A stretch of 64,000 bases of DNA from the NCBI GenBank assembly GCA_964016885.1, contig OZ024742.1:301878001-301942000 (forward strand). Reading direction: 5' to 3'. Position numbers and translations under genes: made by a program. Positions 39,268 to 52,720 of the stretch are shown in pieces. This stretch comes from Eledone cirrhosa (lineage: Eukaryota). The notes under the pieces were generated by a model. That model made no database searches. It saw nothing but the letters and a program-made list of their open reading frames with translations, and had not been told where the DNA came from. Position 1 is the stretch's first letter, and each line of letters starts with the position of its first letter.

Positions 39268-39540
39268 AAGGCACATGGCCTAGTAGTAAGAGTGTTGGAC
39301 TTACAATCATAATGTTGTGGATTCAATTCCTAGACTGGACAGTGTGTTGTGTTCTTGAACAAAGCACTTCATTATATACATAACTGAAAAAGAGGACCAG
39401 CAGTAGCTGGGGGTTTGACTCTGTGATGGACTGGCATTCTGTCCAGGAGGAGTTTTGTATTCTCAGTTGATTAACGCCAAGGAAATCGGATAATCACTGG
39501 CCTGATGAGCCTTTAGGCTCTAGATAAACTTTAGACTTTT
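39268..39540 (+). mobile_element. tRNA-derived SINE with ctgtgatggactggcat...cctgatgagcc body
   Basis: A/B-box head ggcacatggcctagtag...ggattcaattcc; degenerate relative at ~51600-51850. Confidence 0.65.
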
Positions 39541-40875
39541 TTTAGAATAGAGAATGTAATGGGTGCATTTTATCATGACACCAACATTAGAGAGATTGTC
39601 ACATGTTTGTTCAGACTGAAGAGTCCTCTCAGACTCTATATTTATACTTATACTATATTGAGGTTGTTAAATTTATATTACATAGAGCCCCAATTTCAGA
39701 AATAAAGTTCAAGCTAATGAAGGAGCTTCTATATGGTTGTTCGACCTGCTAGAAATAGCAGCTGAATCTCCCTTAATCACATCCTACCATCTTAAAAAAC
39801 ATACAAAAAGATGGGATGGTTATGGCTGGAATGCTTTTGCTCATATATCTGTTTCATCAACATGGTACTAAATAATAACAATATCAAGATGGTCTAAATC
39901 AACAGCCAATGTGCAGTGTGGACATTCCAGCTAGTTTCAAGTGAATATCACAGTTGAGACAGGATTGTGTGCTGTCAGAATTACTGTTCATTGTCTACAG
40001 GGAGGAAATTACTAAAGACACCAACCTAGACCCAGAGGCATTGTTGTCAGGTGACCAATCTAATTTACTATGGGTTGAGCTATAGATGACATGTCTAGCA
40101 CCAACTATTTTACTGGTAGTTGAACTATAAATTAGATGATAGGTACCATCCCAACGTTTTTACTAGTTGTTAATTTTGTTATATGATAGATACCACACCA
40201 ACCATTTTACACATTGAACTATAAACTAGATAGTTGATATAGCATTCACCAGCTGCTGGATATTTCCATTTCTGATTCAGTTCCATCTTGTTTTTTCAGC
40301 TGTTCACTGGAGAGATCTCATTTCACAGTTTGTGAGTTTTAGCTTCAGAACCTTTCTAAAAGTTCATGCCAGGTACTGGTAGCTGAGGGTGGGAATGAAG
40401 AGGGAGTTGATTAGCCAGACATTGGTCTCCATAGGTATGTTTGGAGGATAGGTACTAGTTGATAGATTAGTTTGCCTTTTGAATTGTCTGTATTTCTCTG
40501 TGGTTTGCTTGAGCAGCTGTCTGCTACTGGTATGACCTCTGTCTTCCCTGCTGTTCAAGTGGTCTGTATATCTTTGTAACTGTTTCTTATCTTCATTCAG
40601 GATGTTTTGGCCAGTTGAGTCTGCAAGTCTATAACACTGTGCTCAAGCTTTATAACTAGGGAAAGACCACTGGGGAAATGACTGAGTCACAGACACACTC
40701 TACACCAACAGTATGGTACTAATAAAGGCCTCTCACTTTGTTGCAGATTGCTAGCTTCATCTCATTAACCCCCACATCATCATCTTAGAAGAAGTGACTA
40801 GACGAAAAAAAAAAAAAAGCAGAAACATCAAGCCATTCTAGCTACCTTATAATTGTGTTTCCATATGAGTGATAT

Positions 40876-40909
<34 letters not shown>

Positions 40910-41446
40910 CAAAATTAATTGGTGAAATATATTTCTTTAGTGGAATATATACAAGGAAGATTAATCAATTTATAAGGTATCTATTTTTGAAGTTCTAGTT
41001 AAACTTTATTTAGTTACCTACATAGCTGTGTGTGCTTACACACTTTTACAAATTATCACCTGTGATTGTTTCATATGTTTATTTTAGATATATTTATATG
41101 TCAATCAATTTCTAGTTGATATATATATATATAACCATTTCACATTCATCATAGTAATGGTGTTAGATATAATTGATACGTTCACATAAAAATGGTGAGA
41201 GAATGAAGTTATGCAACTGTAACACTTCTGTTAAAGTTAATGAATCAAGTAAACTAAGAATATTTAATTTGATTGAATAATTATGTCTGTAACAGTTTAG
41301 TATTGAAACCAACCAAATATGGCAGCCACAAACTACAATTTAAGAATTAAATGAGAATTAAATGGCTGCTCATTCTAATTGATGTTTTCTCTCTGTATGA
41401 AGTCAGCCAGTACACCGTGTGTATGTTTGTGTTGTATGGGGCAGCC

Positions 41447-41483
41447 ATGTTCCTTCAGTATTCTCAAATGTTTGCAGGAAGTG
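41447..41483 (+). CDS. Candidate alternative first coding exon C of the GAREM-like gene
   Basis: gcagccATG, MFLQYSQMFAGS then G|gtatgg, phase 1; 2.2 kb upstream of the acceptor. Confidence 0.3.
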
Positions 41484-42274
41484 GTATGGGTTTGGGGGTT
41501 TATGTTTTTCAACCCAACATAACACAAATACAGCAAACTTATGAATGAAGGAGCTAAAAATTACAAGTCAAGTTAGTTCTGAACTAATAATTGTTTCTAC
41601 TTTTGGCACAAGGCCAGCAATTATCCCAGTCTATTACTGGTACTTTATTTTATCGACCCTGTAAGGATGAAATGCAAAGTTAACTTAGTTCTGAATTAAT
41701 AATGTTAGACACCTGATGTTGATTGAAAATCAAATTTGTTGAGACAGTATAGGTTTATATATTGAAAACATATTTCATGTTGTATAGATTCATATATTAA
41801 AACATATTTCATATGTAAAGATAATTGTCTGATTCCTTAAAATTTTGTTTTCTCTATTCTTTTTAAAAAGAAGTTATAAAATCTACAAAGAGAAAACCAT
41901 TAGTATAACAAGTCAATAACATATAATACCATAGTAGTTGCTCCTGGTTACATAGTTGTTGGTAGAGTTGCTCTGAAGCCAGTATCACATGATAGTGTAC
42001 TTGGCAGAATTGCTCTTGATAGCATAGTTATTAGCAGACTTGCTCCCAAGCCTATGTCATATGACAGCATACTTACTGTAACAAGCCAGTATAGCACACA
42101 TATAGCATAATTGTTGGCAGAGTTGCTCCTAATTATGGTATTGAAAATTCTCTCATGGATCTAATTTACCATGTTTGTCTTTCCCATTGCCTTGGCTATT
42201 TTAGCCCCAATTTCAGTAATAAAATTAAAAAATTAAGGGCTCTTAATACTTGTTGTCACCTACAGCATTAGCAT

Positions 42275-42528
42275 TAACCCCTTTGATACCAAAGTGCTGG
42301 AAATCACTCCTGGTTCCATGGTACAAACCTCTCATTTTAAAGTGTTCAAACCTATATTAAAACGTTCTATCATAATTTTATAAGAACCTTTTGTTAAGTA
42401 ACATTTCAAATTTCAACTTTAGAAGGAAAACGTTATGACTAAAATTCTTCAAAATTTTAGATTATTTTCAAAACTGAATGAAACACAAAAGCAGGGCATT
42501 CATTAGAAATATGATAATGAAAGGGTTA
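42275..42528 (+). mobile_element. piggyBac-like MITE family 2
   Basis: TTAACCCCTTTGATA...ATAATGAAAGGGTTAA termini. Confidence 0.65.
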
Positions 42529-43512
42529 ATAGCTTCTTATCTATGAACTGGGGACTGAAAAAGATAACTTGTATTTAAGTTATTATATTTATTAGTTTTA
42601 TTGTCTTTATTTTTATATATTGATGAAACAGCAGATGTTTCTTGTGGTCTTTAATAATAACCCTTTGTATTCTGAGCCTAATTTATTTGAGAATCAGTTA
42701 CTGTCACAATCAAATCCAATATCTGTGGGTTAACCAAATGTTGCTCTAACAAATTGACAGGTTATCACAGCTTATCTTATCTTATCTCCATGCTAGGAGA
42801 GTCCCATGTCATGTTGACATGAATATGATTGTCAAATGAGATTTATCTAAAACTAACAGTCTCAGTCTCCTCAAACTACTTGGTTTAACAAGAGTTGACT
42901 GAATAACCACCTTTCCTTGGAAGTTTAGTCAAACCTGATCTGTGATGCCACCATTGTTAATGTTTGCCAAATGAAATGCTGTTGTTAGTGCCATTACTGT
43001 TTCATAAATATCAAAAGACATTTGTTGCTTTATCAGTTCTACCAATCCGCTTATATTGACTTTATTAATTCTACTAAATCACTAATATTGTTTTTTAATT
43101 CATAACATCCTATAACACATCAAACAGCATTAGCAAAGCATTCTTGAAAAGTACAAAACAACACTATGACTTCACATTAAAACTTAAATTCTTAACTCTA
43201 ATTCTGCAAATTGTTCATAAAAATCTGTCCACTAGTAAAAAGAACTATAAACATTTAAATTAACCCATTTTTAGATATTTTCTACTAAATCATTACAGGT
43301 TGTTATGAGTTAATTTAACAGCAAGGGAGGCAGGGATGGGGGGGGGGGGTTATTATGATTGTCTTTAACGTATTTATTTTACTTTTTTCATGATCATTAA
43401 ACTAGATTAGAAGGGAGTGCAACATTTAAAGTTTTCATACATGACTGAAGCATGTATGACACTAAATAATTGTTTTGGAAGGGAGAACAGGCAGCATTCA
43501 TTTCTTGTTAGG

Positions 43513-43625
43513 TTAACCCTTTAGCATTTACATTACTGTATATATACTATTGTATTTTTGTGGTAAAGGCTTTATCTTACATAATTATCTCGCATAATAT
43601 CGAATCTACGAGATTTTGATGTTTT
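43513..43625 (+). mobile_element. 5' half of piggyBac-like MITE family 1
   Basis: TTAACCCTTTAGCATTTACATTAC..., truncated ~65 nt upstream of the GAREM-like acceptor. Confidence 0.75.
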
Positions 43626-43689
43626 TTACAAATCAATTTTATCATTCATTTTATATATATATATATTTTTTTTATTTATATATTTTTAG

Positions 43690-46163
43690 GTTGGTTTGAA
43701 GTGATTCCAGATGATGGACGTCCTGTAGAATATTTTGACTCAATACAAGGAATCACTGCAATCAAACCCAAGAAATTTCTGGTGCGTACGTCCACCGTAG
43801 GGTACGAATTAGGAGAAGAAGATGGTTCTGTATCCTGGGTACCAAGAGAGATTTTTCCTGGTGAAGTACTAAGTACTGGCATGGTTTATATGGATCATCG
43901 CAAGACTTGTCTTTCTACCAATATGAAGAACCTATTTAAAAGATTCCTAAAGTACCGTACCATTACTACAAAGAAAGATCAAGACTTAAAATATCTTCAA
44001 TGCTTTGATGGACAAGGCCAGGAGGTTATGATCCCTTTGATTATGACAGGTGTTTTCAGTCCTGTTGGAGACCCAAGTAAGAAGAATTATGATGCTGTCT
44101 ATGAATTAAAAGATTTAACAAAAGCTTTTGAGCTTCCTGTGAAAGCTCAATTAGTACATGCTGATTCCAATCAGAAACATTATGTACCACATGGAGTTTT
44201 GAAATTGAAAACAGTTGATGAAGATGATTGTGTTGTTGCATCGAAGCACCTTGATAGGAAGGAAACATTTGAACTTCCTCTTGATGAAGAAATGCGTTAT
44301 ATTAAAGATATAGCTCCTAAATCCCCACTTGTAAGAAAACTTTCTACTCGCAGCCTCATTCTTCCAAATTATGCACCTAAAAATCTCAATGGAACTTCGT
44401 TTTTCTCTAGTAAAACTGACATCAAAGTAAAAGTTGACTTACCTGTCCGAGTTCCTGGAAAAGAGACGAAGAAGCCAAAAGCAGCAGGTCTCATTGAAAG
44501 ACTTGGTGCTCGCAAGACAAAAAAGGAAAGAGCAGCAATTAAAGCTCTCCAAGAAGAAGGTGTGTTTTCCTCTCGATTGTGTAAAGTTGAGATGCCTTTT
44601 GATGCATTCTACTCTTCTGCAGAAGATATTGATAGAAGTGGCACCAATAAAAATACTGTCCAAGAGTCTAACAACAAATCTGAGAATAAACCTGAACCTG
44701 AGAGCGCTGCTGTAGATGGTTCAATATCACCACGGTCATCAACATCTACAATTACACCAACAAGCCCTCCTTTATGTTCACCAGAATCTTCTCAAATTGA
44801 TCCATTTGAGAGTCAATATGCAAAAATATGTAAGAAGCCATCAATAATGAAGCGAGATTTGCCTCCAGTACCTTTGGAGAAGAAAGATGACAGTGAAACT
44901 GGAACAATTGTAGATGAAGATGGTAAATTATCAGTGTCTTCAACTGACACTTTATATGAACATTTACCAGAAGCACCAAACCCACCAAACCCACCACCAA
45001 AGTCCCCCTCTGTTGTAAAACCAGAACCTGCTTTTAATTTTAAGGAAAATGAGATGAGTTTAGTAGAAAATGAAGAAGATGGTTATATGATTCCTTCCCA
45101 CTTGCAAAGAAAGAAAGCACAGAAATGTTACTTGGCAAACCCAATTGTCATGTCACAGTCTCGAGATGTCTTTCAGCCCAATTTTATCCCTAAATTCTAC
45201 AAAGACCCAACATACGCTAATTGTGGAAGACCTAGCAATGGATATAAATCTGCTTTTCAACACGATCCCAAATTTGATAAAAGGTTAACGAGTGAAACAT
45301 CAGCATCAACTTCTAATCTGAACCGAGTCTCCCACAAACCTCCTACAACTACGCCATGCTCTCGCAGGAATTCAGCTGCAGCAGAACAGAGTGCTTCACG
45401 GAGTCGTTTCCAGAGAAATCACAATAACCAGAAAACTTACCAATGCCATCAGAATCCAAATATGATAAATTGTCCACATTATTCTGCAGAACTTCAGCGT
45501 AAATCTCACACACTGGACCCCAATTTAACTTTACGGCACCACAACATAAGACGATTGAAAAGTGCAATAGAAATGTTTCATTTTACTGACTCTTACCATG
45601 AAATGAGACCATCATCATATGGCTCTGGTTGTTCTCCAACTGAGGAGTGTTATCCACATGAACATTATGATGTCAAAGAATTTCAGCAACCATATGACTA
45701 CTATGATGTTAGTAACAACCAACCCAACCAGAATCCATATGCTGAGAGTGATCCAGGCAATCGGTATTTTGTCCGATCCGTGTCTGTAACAGGACTTAGT
45801 GACAACTGTGCCAAACATGGTGATGATTCAGCTATCTCTCTTTGTTCAAAAGGTGACTATGGTTATCAGGCAGGGAGTGATTTCAGCTACACAGACTATA
45901 TAGATGTTTTCAAAGATGATGGCTGGCTCCCACCTGACAATATTAGTAGCCTGTCTGTACAAGATGTCTCCCGTTCACTTCGTTACATTGGTATGAAGGA
46001 CAGAGTTGTAAAAAGATTTGCAAACGAACAAATAGATGGACAAATGTTAGCTTCACTTGACTGGAAATTACTCAAAGATGGTTTCCCAGAACTAAATACG
46101 CTGGAAGTCAAAAAGATTGTTGACTTTGTTAATGGTTGGCGTCCAAAGAAATCAGTGTCATAA
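43690..46163 (+). CDS. GAREM: Large terminal coding exon of a GAREM-like (GRB2-associated regulator of MAPK; CABIT + SAM) adaptor protein
   Basis: T-rich acceptor ttttag at 43688-9, then a phase-1 start (xGT TGG TTT GAA = (G)WFE, typical of CABIT proteins) and ~824 open codons to TAA at 46161-3. The C-terminus WLPPDNISSLSVQDVSRSLRYIG...EQIDGQML...VKKIVDFVNGWRPK closely matches the GAREM SAM domain as I recall it. Pro-rich segments DLPPVP and PNPPNPPPKSP are present. Upstream exon(s) not firmly located. Confidence 0.9.
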
Positions 46164-46293
46164 ATTTCTTGCAAAATTGTAAAAAAAACTGTTAAACTCT
46201 GTATGTATGTGCGTGTCTATATGTGTATATATATATATATATACAAACATACACATACAGAGTTTGAGAGTTTGTTATATATATGTGTGTGTG

Positions 46294-46376
<83 letters not shown>

Positions 46377-46630
46377 TACACCATATATAGTCATGTATAA
46401 GCTGCACCTTTTTTCATGTAAAAAAAAAAAAAAACCAACAAGAAAATTTAAAATCCACCATGCAACTTATGTATTGAACCGACAAAATCTTGTATGTGAT
46501 TCAAGTACTGAGACAAAATTGTTGCATGTAAGATAAGGGTGTGACTTAATACTGGTGCAACCGATACATGAGTGTATACAGTGTATGTATGCATGCATGT
46601 GTGTGTAGTGTGTATATATGTGTGTGTGTG

Positions 46631-46667
<37 letters not shown>

Positions 46668-47074
46668 GTATGTGTGTGAGGGAGAGATTTTACATTCCTA
46701 AAAATATCACCTTTGTTTTGTAAAATTTAAATTTCTTTGTTCTTTGCTTTGAGTTTAAAGGCAATTTTTAAGGTGGGTCAGAACAAAAGAAAGTGAATTT
46801 GAGAGAGAATGTGGATGAGTGAGTAAGTGGATGTGAGAGAGAGAGAGAAAGTGGATGTGAGAGAGAGAGATTTCACTGTGGTTGCTAACTGCAATGCATT
46901 TCAGTTGTAAATGAGTTAAATTCAATGCTGCTATTTACAATTATTGTTAATTTATTTTAAAGTTTGTATTGTTTGATGTCCAAATTGTTATTTTTTTTCT
47001 CCTCTTTTATTTTTCATTATGATTTTTAAAACTTGCTATTATTTTTTTTTTCTGCTACTGAAGCATGCCTCCTC

Positions 47075-47820
47075 ATCATTATCCTCATTATCATCATCAT
47101 CACTAAAATCATCATCAGTATCACTAACATCATCATCATCATCATCACCATTGCATTATGTCTCTTTTCCATGCTTGTATGGAGTAGATAGGTTGTCACT
47201 GCCTGTGGTTAGATAGGCCAGATGACTGCATCTTGCCCATATGTTCCATTCTAGCATGGCGGCTTGGTTTCTATGGCTGGATACCCTTCCTAATGGTAAC
47301 CACTTCATAACATGATGTGCTTGATGAATTTTATCATGGAACTACCAGCACCACCAGTACAACTTAATGGAATGGACTGGGTGCCTTTCATTGTGGCACC
47401 ACCACTACCACCTAACAGAGTGGACTGGGTGCCTTTCATTGTGGCACCACCACTACCACCTAACAAAGTGGATTGGGTGCCTTTCAATGCAGCACTGCTA
47501 CTACCACCTGATAGTATTGGCTGTGTATATTCTATTGTGGCACCAACACTACCACCTGATAGTGTGGCTGTGTATATTCTATTGTGGTACCAGCACTAAC
47601 ACTTGATAGTGTGTGTTAAGTGCATTTTATCATGGCATCAACACTAGCACTTGATAGTGTTGGCTGGGTGTATTTTATTGTCACCACCTCTACCACCTTA
47701 TAGAGTGGACTGGGTACTTTTTATTGTGGCACCAACACTACCACCTGATAGTGTGTGTTAAGTACATTTTAACATGGCACCAGCACTACCACTTTACAAT
47801 GTGGATTGAGCATTTTTAAT
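47075..47820 (-). mobile_element. SINE-like element with an expanded internal ~45-bp tandem module
   Basis: (cat)n tail at the left, a ggataccct tcctaa motif, then ~10 copies of attgtggcaccacc..taccac..agtggactgggtg. Confidence 0.6.
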
Positions 47821-48130
47821 TTCATTGAATTTTTTTCTGTATGTAAATATGATTATGAAAATATTCCAAGAACCAACTAATAACAAGAGGTATGGTAACA
47901 ATTTAGATATCTCAAACGTTTAATGACATCATCTGTGTAAAAGAAAAAGAAACAGGAAATGTTTAAAACTTTATTCATAAAACATAAATTTATTGGTAGG
48001 CCTGGAAAAGGGGGCAGTGCCCAAGGTTTTTACAAACCCTCCGAGAATTTGTTTAGTCCTAGTTTAGATATACATTTGATTTCTAGCATCTGTTACTATA
48101 CACTCCAGAAAACTGTTTTAATTATAATCA

Positions 48131-48161
<31 letters not shown>

Positions 48162-48499
48162 TGTGTGTGTGTTGTGTGTGTGTTGTGTGTGTGTTGTGTT
48201 GTGTGTGTGTGTGTTCTGGTTTTATAATTTCACAAATCTTTGCCAATAGAGAGAGAGTCGGTTTCTAACATAGTTACAAGACTCTCTCATTGGAATTTAC
48301 ACAATCAACTAGGTAGATATGTCTGCATGCAGATATGGATGTTATTGAATGTGTGGATGTGTGTTTTGAATTGTATGTGTGCATGTGTATATGCTTTGTA
48401 TCTGTACAATGTATATGCAGTCATTAGATACAGAATTTTTGGAATGTTTTACATATTTTTACTGTTCCATTAATGGATTGGACTTGTGTATGTATGTAT

Positions 48500-48793
48500 C
48501 AGTGTCTCCATTGAATTGAAGTACCCTGAGTGTGGAGAAATTTGCTTGAGCAAATCTGGTCTCAGGAGCCACAGTCACAGCCATGTTCAAAGAGAACTAG
48601 TGAACTGTGATCTCCATGGTATTGTGAAGGTTCACAGGCAACCTGATGCAATACTTGAGGCCAAGGAGATCCATAGTTGTCGTCAATGTGTGAAGGAATG
48701 CAAGTCTCTAGCAAGCTTGAAAAGCCATATCCGAGCGTCACGCATCAGAATCTTGACAAGTGATTGCAATACTCTTAGCAGAGTTTGCAGCCA

Positions 48794-48840
<47 letters not shown>
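48500..48840 (+). mobile_element. RTE-type LINE 3' end with degenerate C2H2-like motifs and (GT)n tail
   Basis: CGEICLSKSGLRSHSHSH and CRQCVKECKSLASLKSHIRA resemble the terminal CxxC...GLxSHxRxH of RTE ORFs. Confidence 0.55.
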
Positions 48841-48842
<2 letters not shown>

Positions 48843-50034
48843 GACAGATGTATATCATCATCATCATTCCTTGAAGTCTTCTTATCTATCTATCTACCTT
48901 CTTGTTCTGTTTATTTAGTTATAGTGTTTTTATTTTTGATTTTTTTAAATCTTTGGAAACAAATTCTCTTAAAGTAATTACATTGTAGAAAAGTTATTTT
49001 AGCCATTCAGAAAACACACAAAAAACTGTTAAATTTACTTTAGATGTATCATTTATTTTGTGGTGTCAATATTTTTGTTGTACTAGCAAAATTGTGTCAG
49101 TAACCTGGTCACAAAGAGTATAATTAAAAGTTTGACATCATGAAATAAATAGATGAATTTAATAGTTTTTGTGTGGTTTTTGAATGGTTAAAATAACTCT
49201 TCCATAATTTAATTGCTTCAGTATCAACAGACAATCTCAAATCAAGTCATTTGCCAAACAAATACAACTCCTATTGACGATTCAATGCTAAAGAAGGAGT
49301 TTCATGAAGTCCAAAGAAGTATAATTGTGTTATTTAAAATTCTGGAAATTAAAAGATAAATCCTTATTTCAGTAGCCAAAGGAAAGTATCTATGGAAGAG
49401 GTCAACTCTTTCTTGTTTCTGATACATAAATGGTTAGCAGATAGTTGAAGCCAGTCACCTTATAAATGTTAAAATATATTTTTAAGTTGCTCATTTTCTA
49501 GCTTCACTTTTCTATAAATTTATAGAATACTCTCTCTCCCTCTCTTCTCCCCCCCCCCCCCCTCTCTCAATTTCTTACTGATTTACAAAAACAGAAAAAT
49601 CTCTAATTCTATAGAATTTTTTTTAAGAGTGATTTAAAAAAAATTATATTTCATATAATTATACATATAAATAAATACAATTTATATTCTTTAAAAGGTA
49701 GAAAACACACACACGCAATCATACTCCACAACAAGAGGCACAAAAGTTTCTCTCTAATAACTTTTTAGGCAAGCCAACACACTCACAGCATTGCTACAGA
49801 TGATAGCGAGACTAAGACATTGGAATAACTAAGCACCCTCACAGGTATTACCTGAAACGTTGTTATTGTGAGCCACCAACAATGATAAGCAGCTCATTGT
49901 CAGTGGCCCAGCTCTCCCAAACATCTTGAATGCCATAGACTGAAAAATATAGGATTTTAGTTACCATTTCCCAAAAACATTTCAAAAGAAAAAAGAAAAT
50001 TTAAATTTATAAATTGATTCATGTAATTATTATA

Positions 50035-50920
50035 ATTATTGTTGTTGTTGGTAGAGCATTGGACAAAATGTCTAGCAGAGTTTGTTCCAGTTCTTTATGT
50101 TCTGAGTTCAAATCCCAATGAGGTTAAATTTGCATTTTATCCTTCCAAGTTAAATAAAATAACATACCAGTTCACTACTTGGGTCGATTTAACTGACTTT
50201 CCCCTCTCACAAAAATGCTGGCTTTGTGCCTAAATTAGAAAACATTATTATTATCAGTAAAAGGGGTGATGGATGGCAGTATCGGTAGAGCATCAGACAC
50301 CATGCATAGAGTTACGGCCGTTTACGATCTGAGTTCAAATCCTGCCGAGGTTAACTTTGCCTTTCATCCTTACGGGGTCGATAAAATAAAGTACCAGTAA
50401 TGCACTGGGGTAATTGCTGGCCTTGTGCCAAAAGTAGAAACAATTATTATTATCACTAATGTTAGTAAGAGTGGTGTAGTCACAGTATTGTTAGATCATT
50501 GGACATTATGCTTTGTGGCATATAGTTCTGTCCTTTTACATTCTGAGTTCAAATCCCACCGAGGTTAGCTTTGCCTTTCATCCTAATGGGGTCGATATAA
50601 TAAAGTACCAGTAATGCACTGGGGTTGATTTGATCAACTTTCCCCTCTCCCCAAATTGATGGCCTTGTGCCTATTGTAGAACTCATTATTATTATTATGG
50701 TAGCGAATTGGCAGACTTGTTAGAGTGTTGCACAAATGCTTAGTAGTAATTTTAAATTCTGAGTTCAAATTCCACTAAGGTCATCATTGCCTTTCATCCT
50801 TCCGAGATTGATAAAATGAAGTACCAGTCAAGTACTGGGGAGGGGTCAGTATAATTGACTTTCCCTTCCTTCTAAAATTGCTAGTCTTGTGCCAAAATGA
50901 GAAAATACTACTATTATTCC
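50035..50920 (+). mobile_element. Four head-to-tail copies of a ~200-bp SINE
   Basis: Each has ctgagttcaaatcc..gaggtt..tttgcctttcatcct..gataaaataaagtaccag..ggccttgtgcc and ends in (att)n. Other copies at 9120-9610, 19935-20095, 31040-31180, 32015-32190, 34910-35100, 35655-36070, 54115-54520 and 59445-59595. Confidence 0.85.
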
Positions 50921-52324
50921 TTAAGTTGTTATTTGCTGTTCTAGATATGAGATATATTCATTAAAAGAATGTTTGAAATGCAAGAGTGAAATCCAAAAAC
51001 AAAATATTATATACAATTGTATATAATTTCTTGGAAGGGAAATTACTTTATAATCTACTGTTTCTTTAGATTCATCATCATCATCATCATCACTATTGCT
51101 ATCTGGTCTGTTAATTTTCTATCTTATTAGACATGAAATATAAATAAACAAACCATAAACTATCTTGATGAACCATTTTCCTATGATTCTCAATTTTCTT
51201 AATGAGTCATATTGGTCAACAAACAAATTGGGGTGATTGAATCGAAAAGCCAGCTCCTATCTTATGATAACCACCTCATAGACATTACAGTTATGTTTAT
51301 CTGTGAGATGGTCAATATATACAGGATAAAGCTACTGGTATTTGAACTGGAAACTTGAAGTTTTCCAAGCAATTACCATAATCCTGACCTGTCTCACTGT
51401 CTCAGTAATGTAAAGCTGAAGTGCCCGCTATATTTTAGCTAACCCATGCAGTTCAGATATTTATATATCTGGACAGTGATACTGTCAAACTATAAGATTT
51501 TACTGATATTATATATATTATCATATCAATAAATTCTGTTGCAAAGCAGATATGACTGGCCTTATTATTCAGTAGTAGAAGCGAAATAACTTAGCAGATA
51601 AGGTGTATTAATTGGACTACTAACTCGTTAATTATGAAAAGTTCATATCCCTACTGCAGACAATTTCGTTGTGTCTTTGGGCAAGACACTTAATTCTACA
51701 TTGCCTCAGCTTACCTAGCTGAAGAATAGGTACCAGACCTTTCTGGGGAAAGTTACCTTATACATTAGCATCCTCTCCCAGGAGTTGGTGAGATGGTTTG
51801 TCTCTCATCCACGTAATGCTAAAGAACTCTTGTGGTTCATGACAGGATTAACTTTTCTTTATACTAATTCCTTTCTTTATTTTTTTCTTTCTTTAAATCA
51901 ACTTGTACATTGATATCGACACCTAAGCTAGAACTGTGTTGTACAAGGAATAGAGCTATTTCAGAAGACCTTCTCATTATTTTTTGTATGTAACATCTTA
52001 GAGTAGGTTTGGGGAAAAGTAAGAAAAAAGAACAACAATCCATAAAAAAAAAAGAAATACTATTTCCAAATCTCTGCTAACAGCAAGAAAAGAAAAAAAA
52101 AAATGATTTCTAAAAATATTTCTATATAAAGAATTCATCTAAAGAAGATGCTTGCAGTTGATATTTTTTCCCTTCCTCAATCTTTTCGACTGGATTCTCT
52201 TGAGATTTCTCACATCTAAAGTAAAATATTTCTTTCAGAATGGTTAATACAGCAGGATATAAAAATATTACCAATTCTTTCATTGTTTTAACAATTCTAA
52301 AATATTGCATGCACACACACACAC

Positions 52325-52367
<43 letters not shown>

Positions 52368-52389
52368 GGGTATATATAGGGTATAGAAA

Positions 52390-52720
52390 AAAGACCCTTC
52401 TTTGGTCACAAATGTCCATGGGATTTGCACCTAGAAAGTTTCCATCCGAGACACAAATCTGGGCAAGGTTGTTTGTGGAAGACCAACAGTTGTTCATGCA
52501 TACCTGTCTCCCCTCTCTATGCCACCGATGTTGTCCAAGGGAAAGGCAATGCTCGATACAGCTTGGCACCATTAACAACACAACTCATTTCTACAGCTGA
52601 GTAAACTGGAGTAACGTAGAATAAAGTGTCTTGCTCAAAGACATAAACGCATCATATGGTCCAGAAATCGAATTCACAACCTCACGATTGCAAGCCCAAT
52701 GCTCTATCCACTAAGCCACA
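52390..52720 (-). mobile_element. tRNA-derived SINE (same family as 61305-61647)
   Basis: Reverse-complement homology over ~330 bp; A/B-box head. Confidence 0.8.

Noticed and set aside
39500-39530. Hammerhead-like CTGATGAGCCTTTAGGCTC
   Set aside because: No GAAA or helix III follows; part of a SINE tail.
44056-46174. Short overlapping or antisense ORFs within the GAREM-like exon
   Set aside because: Shadow ORFs of a real coding sequence.
48486-48977. C2H2 zinc-finger gene
   Set aside because: Ligands are degenerate, there are no TGEKP linkers, and it runs into (GT)n; better explained as an RTE LINE 3' end.
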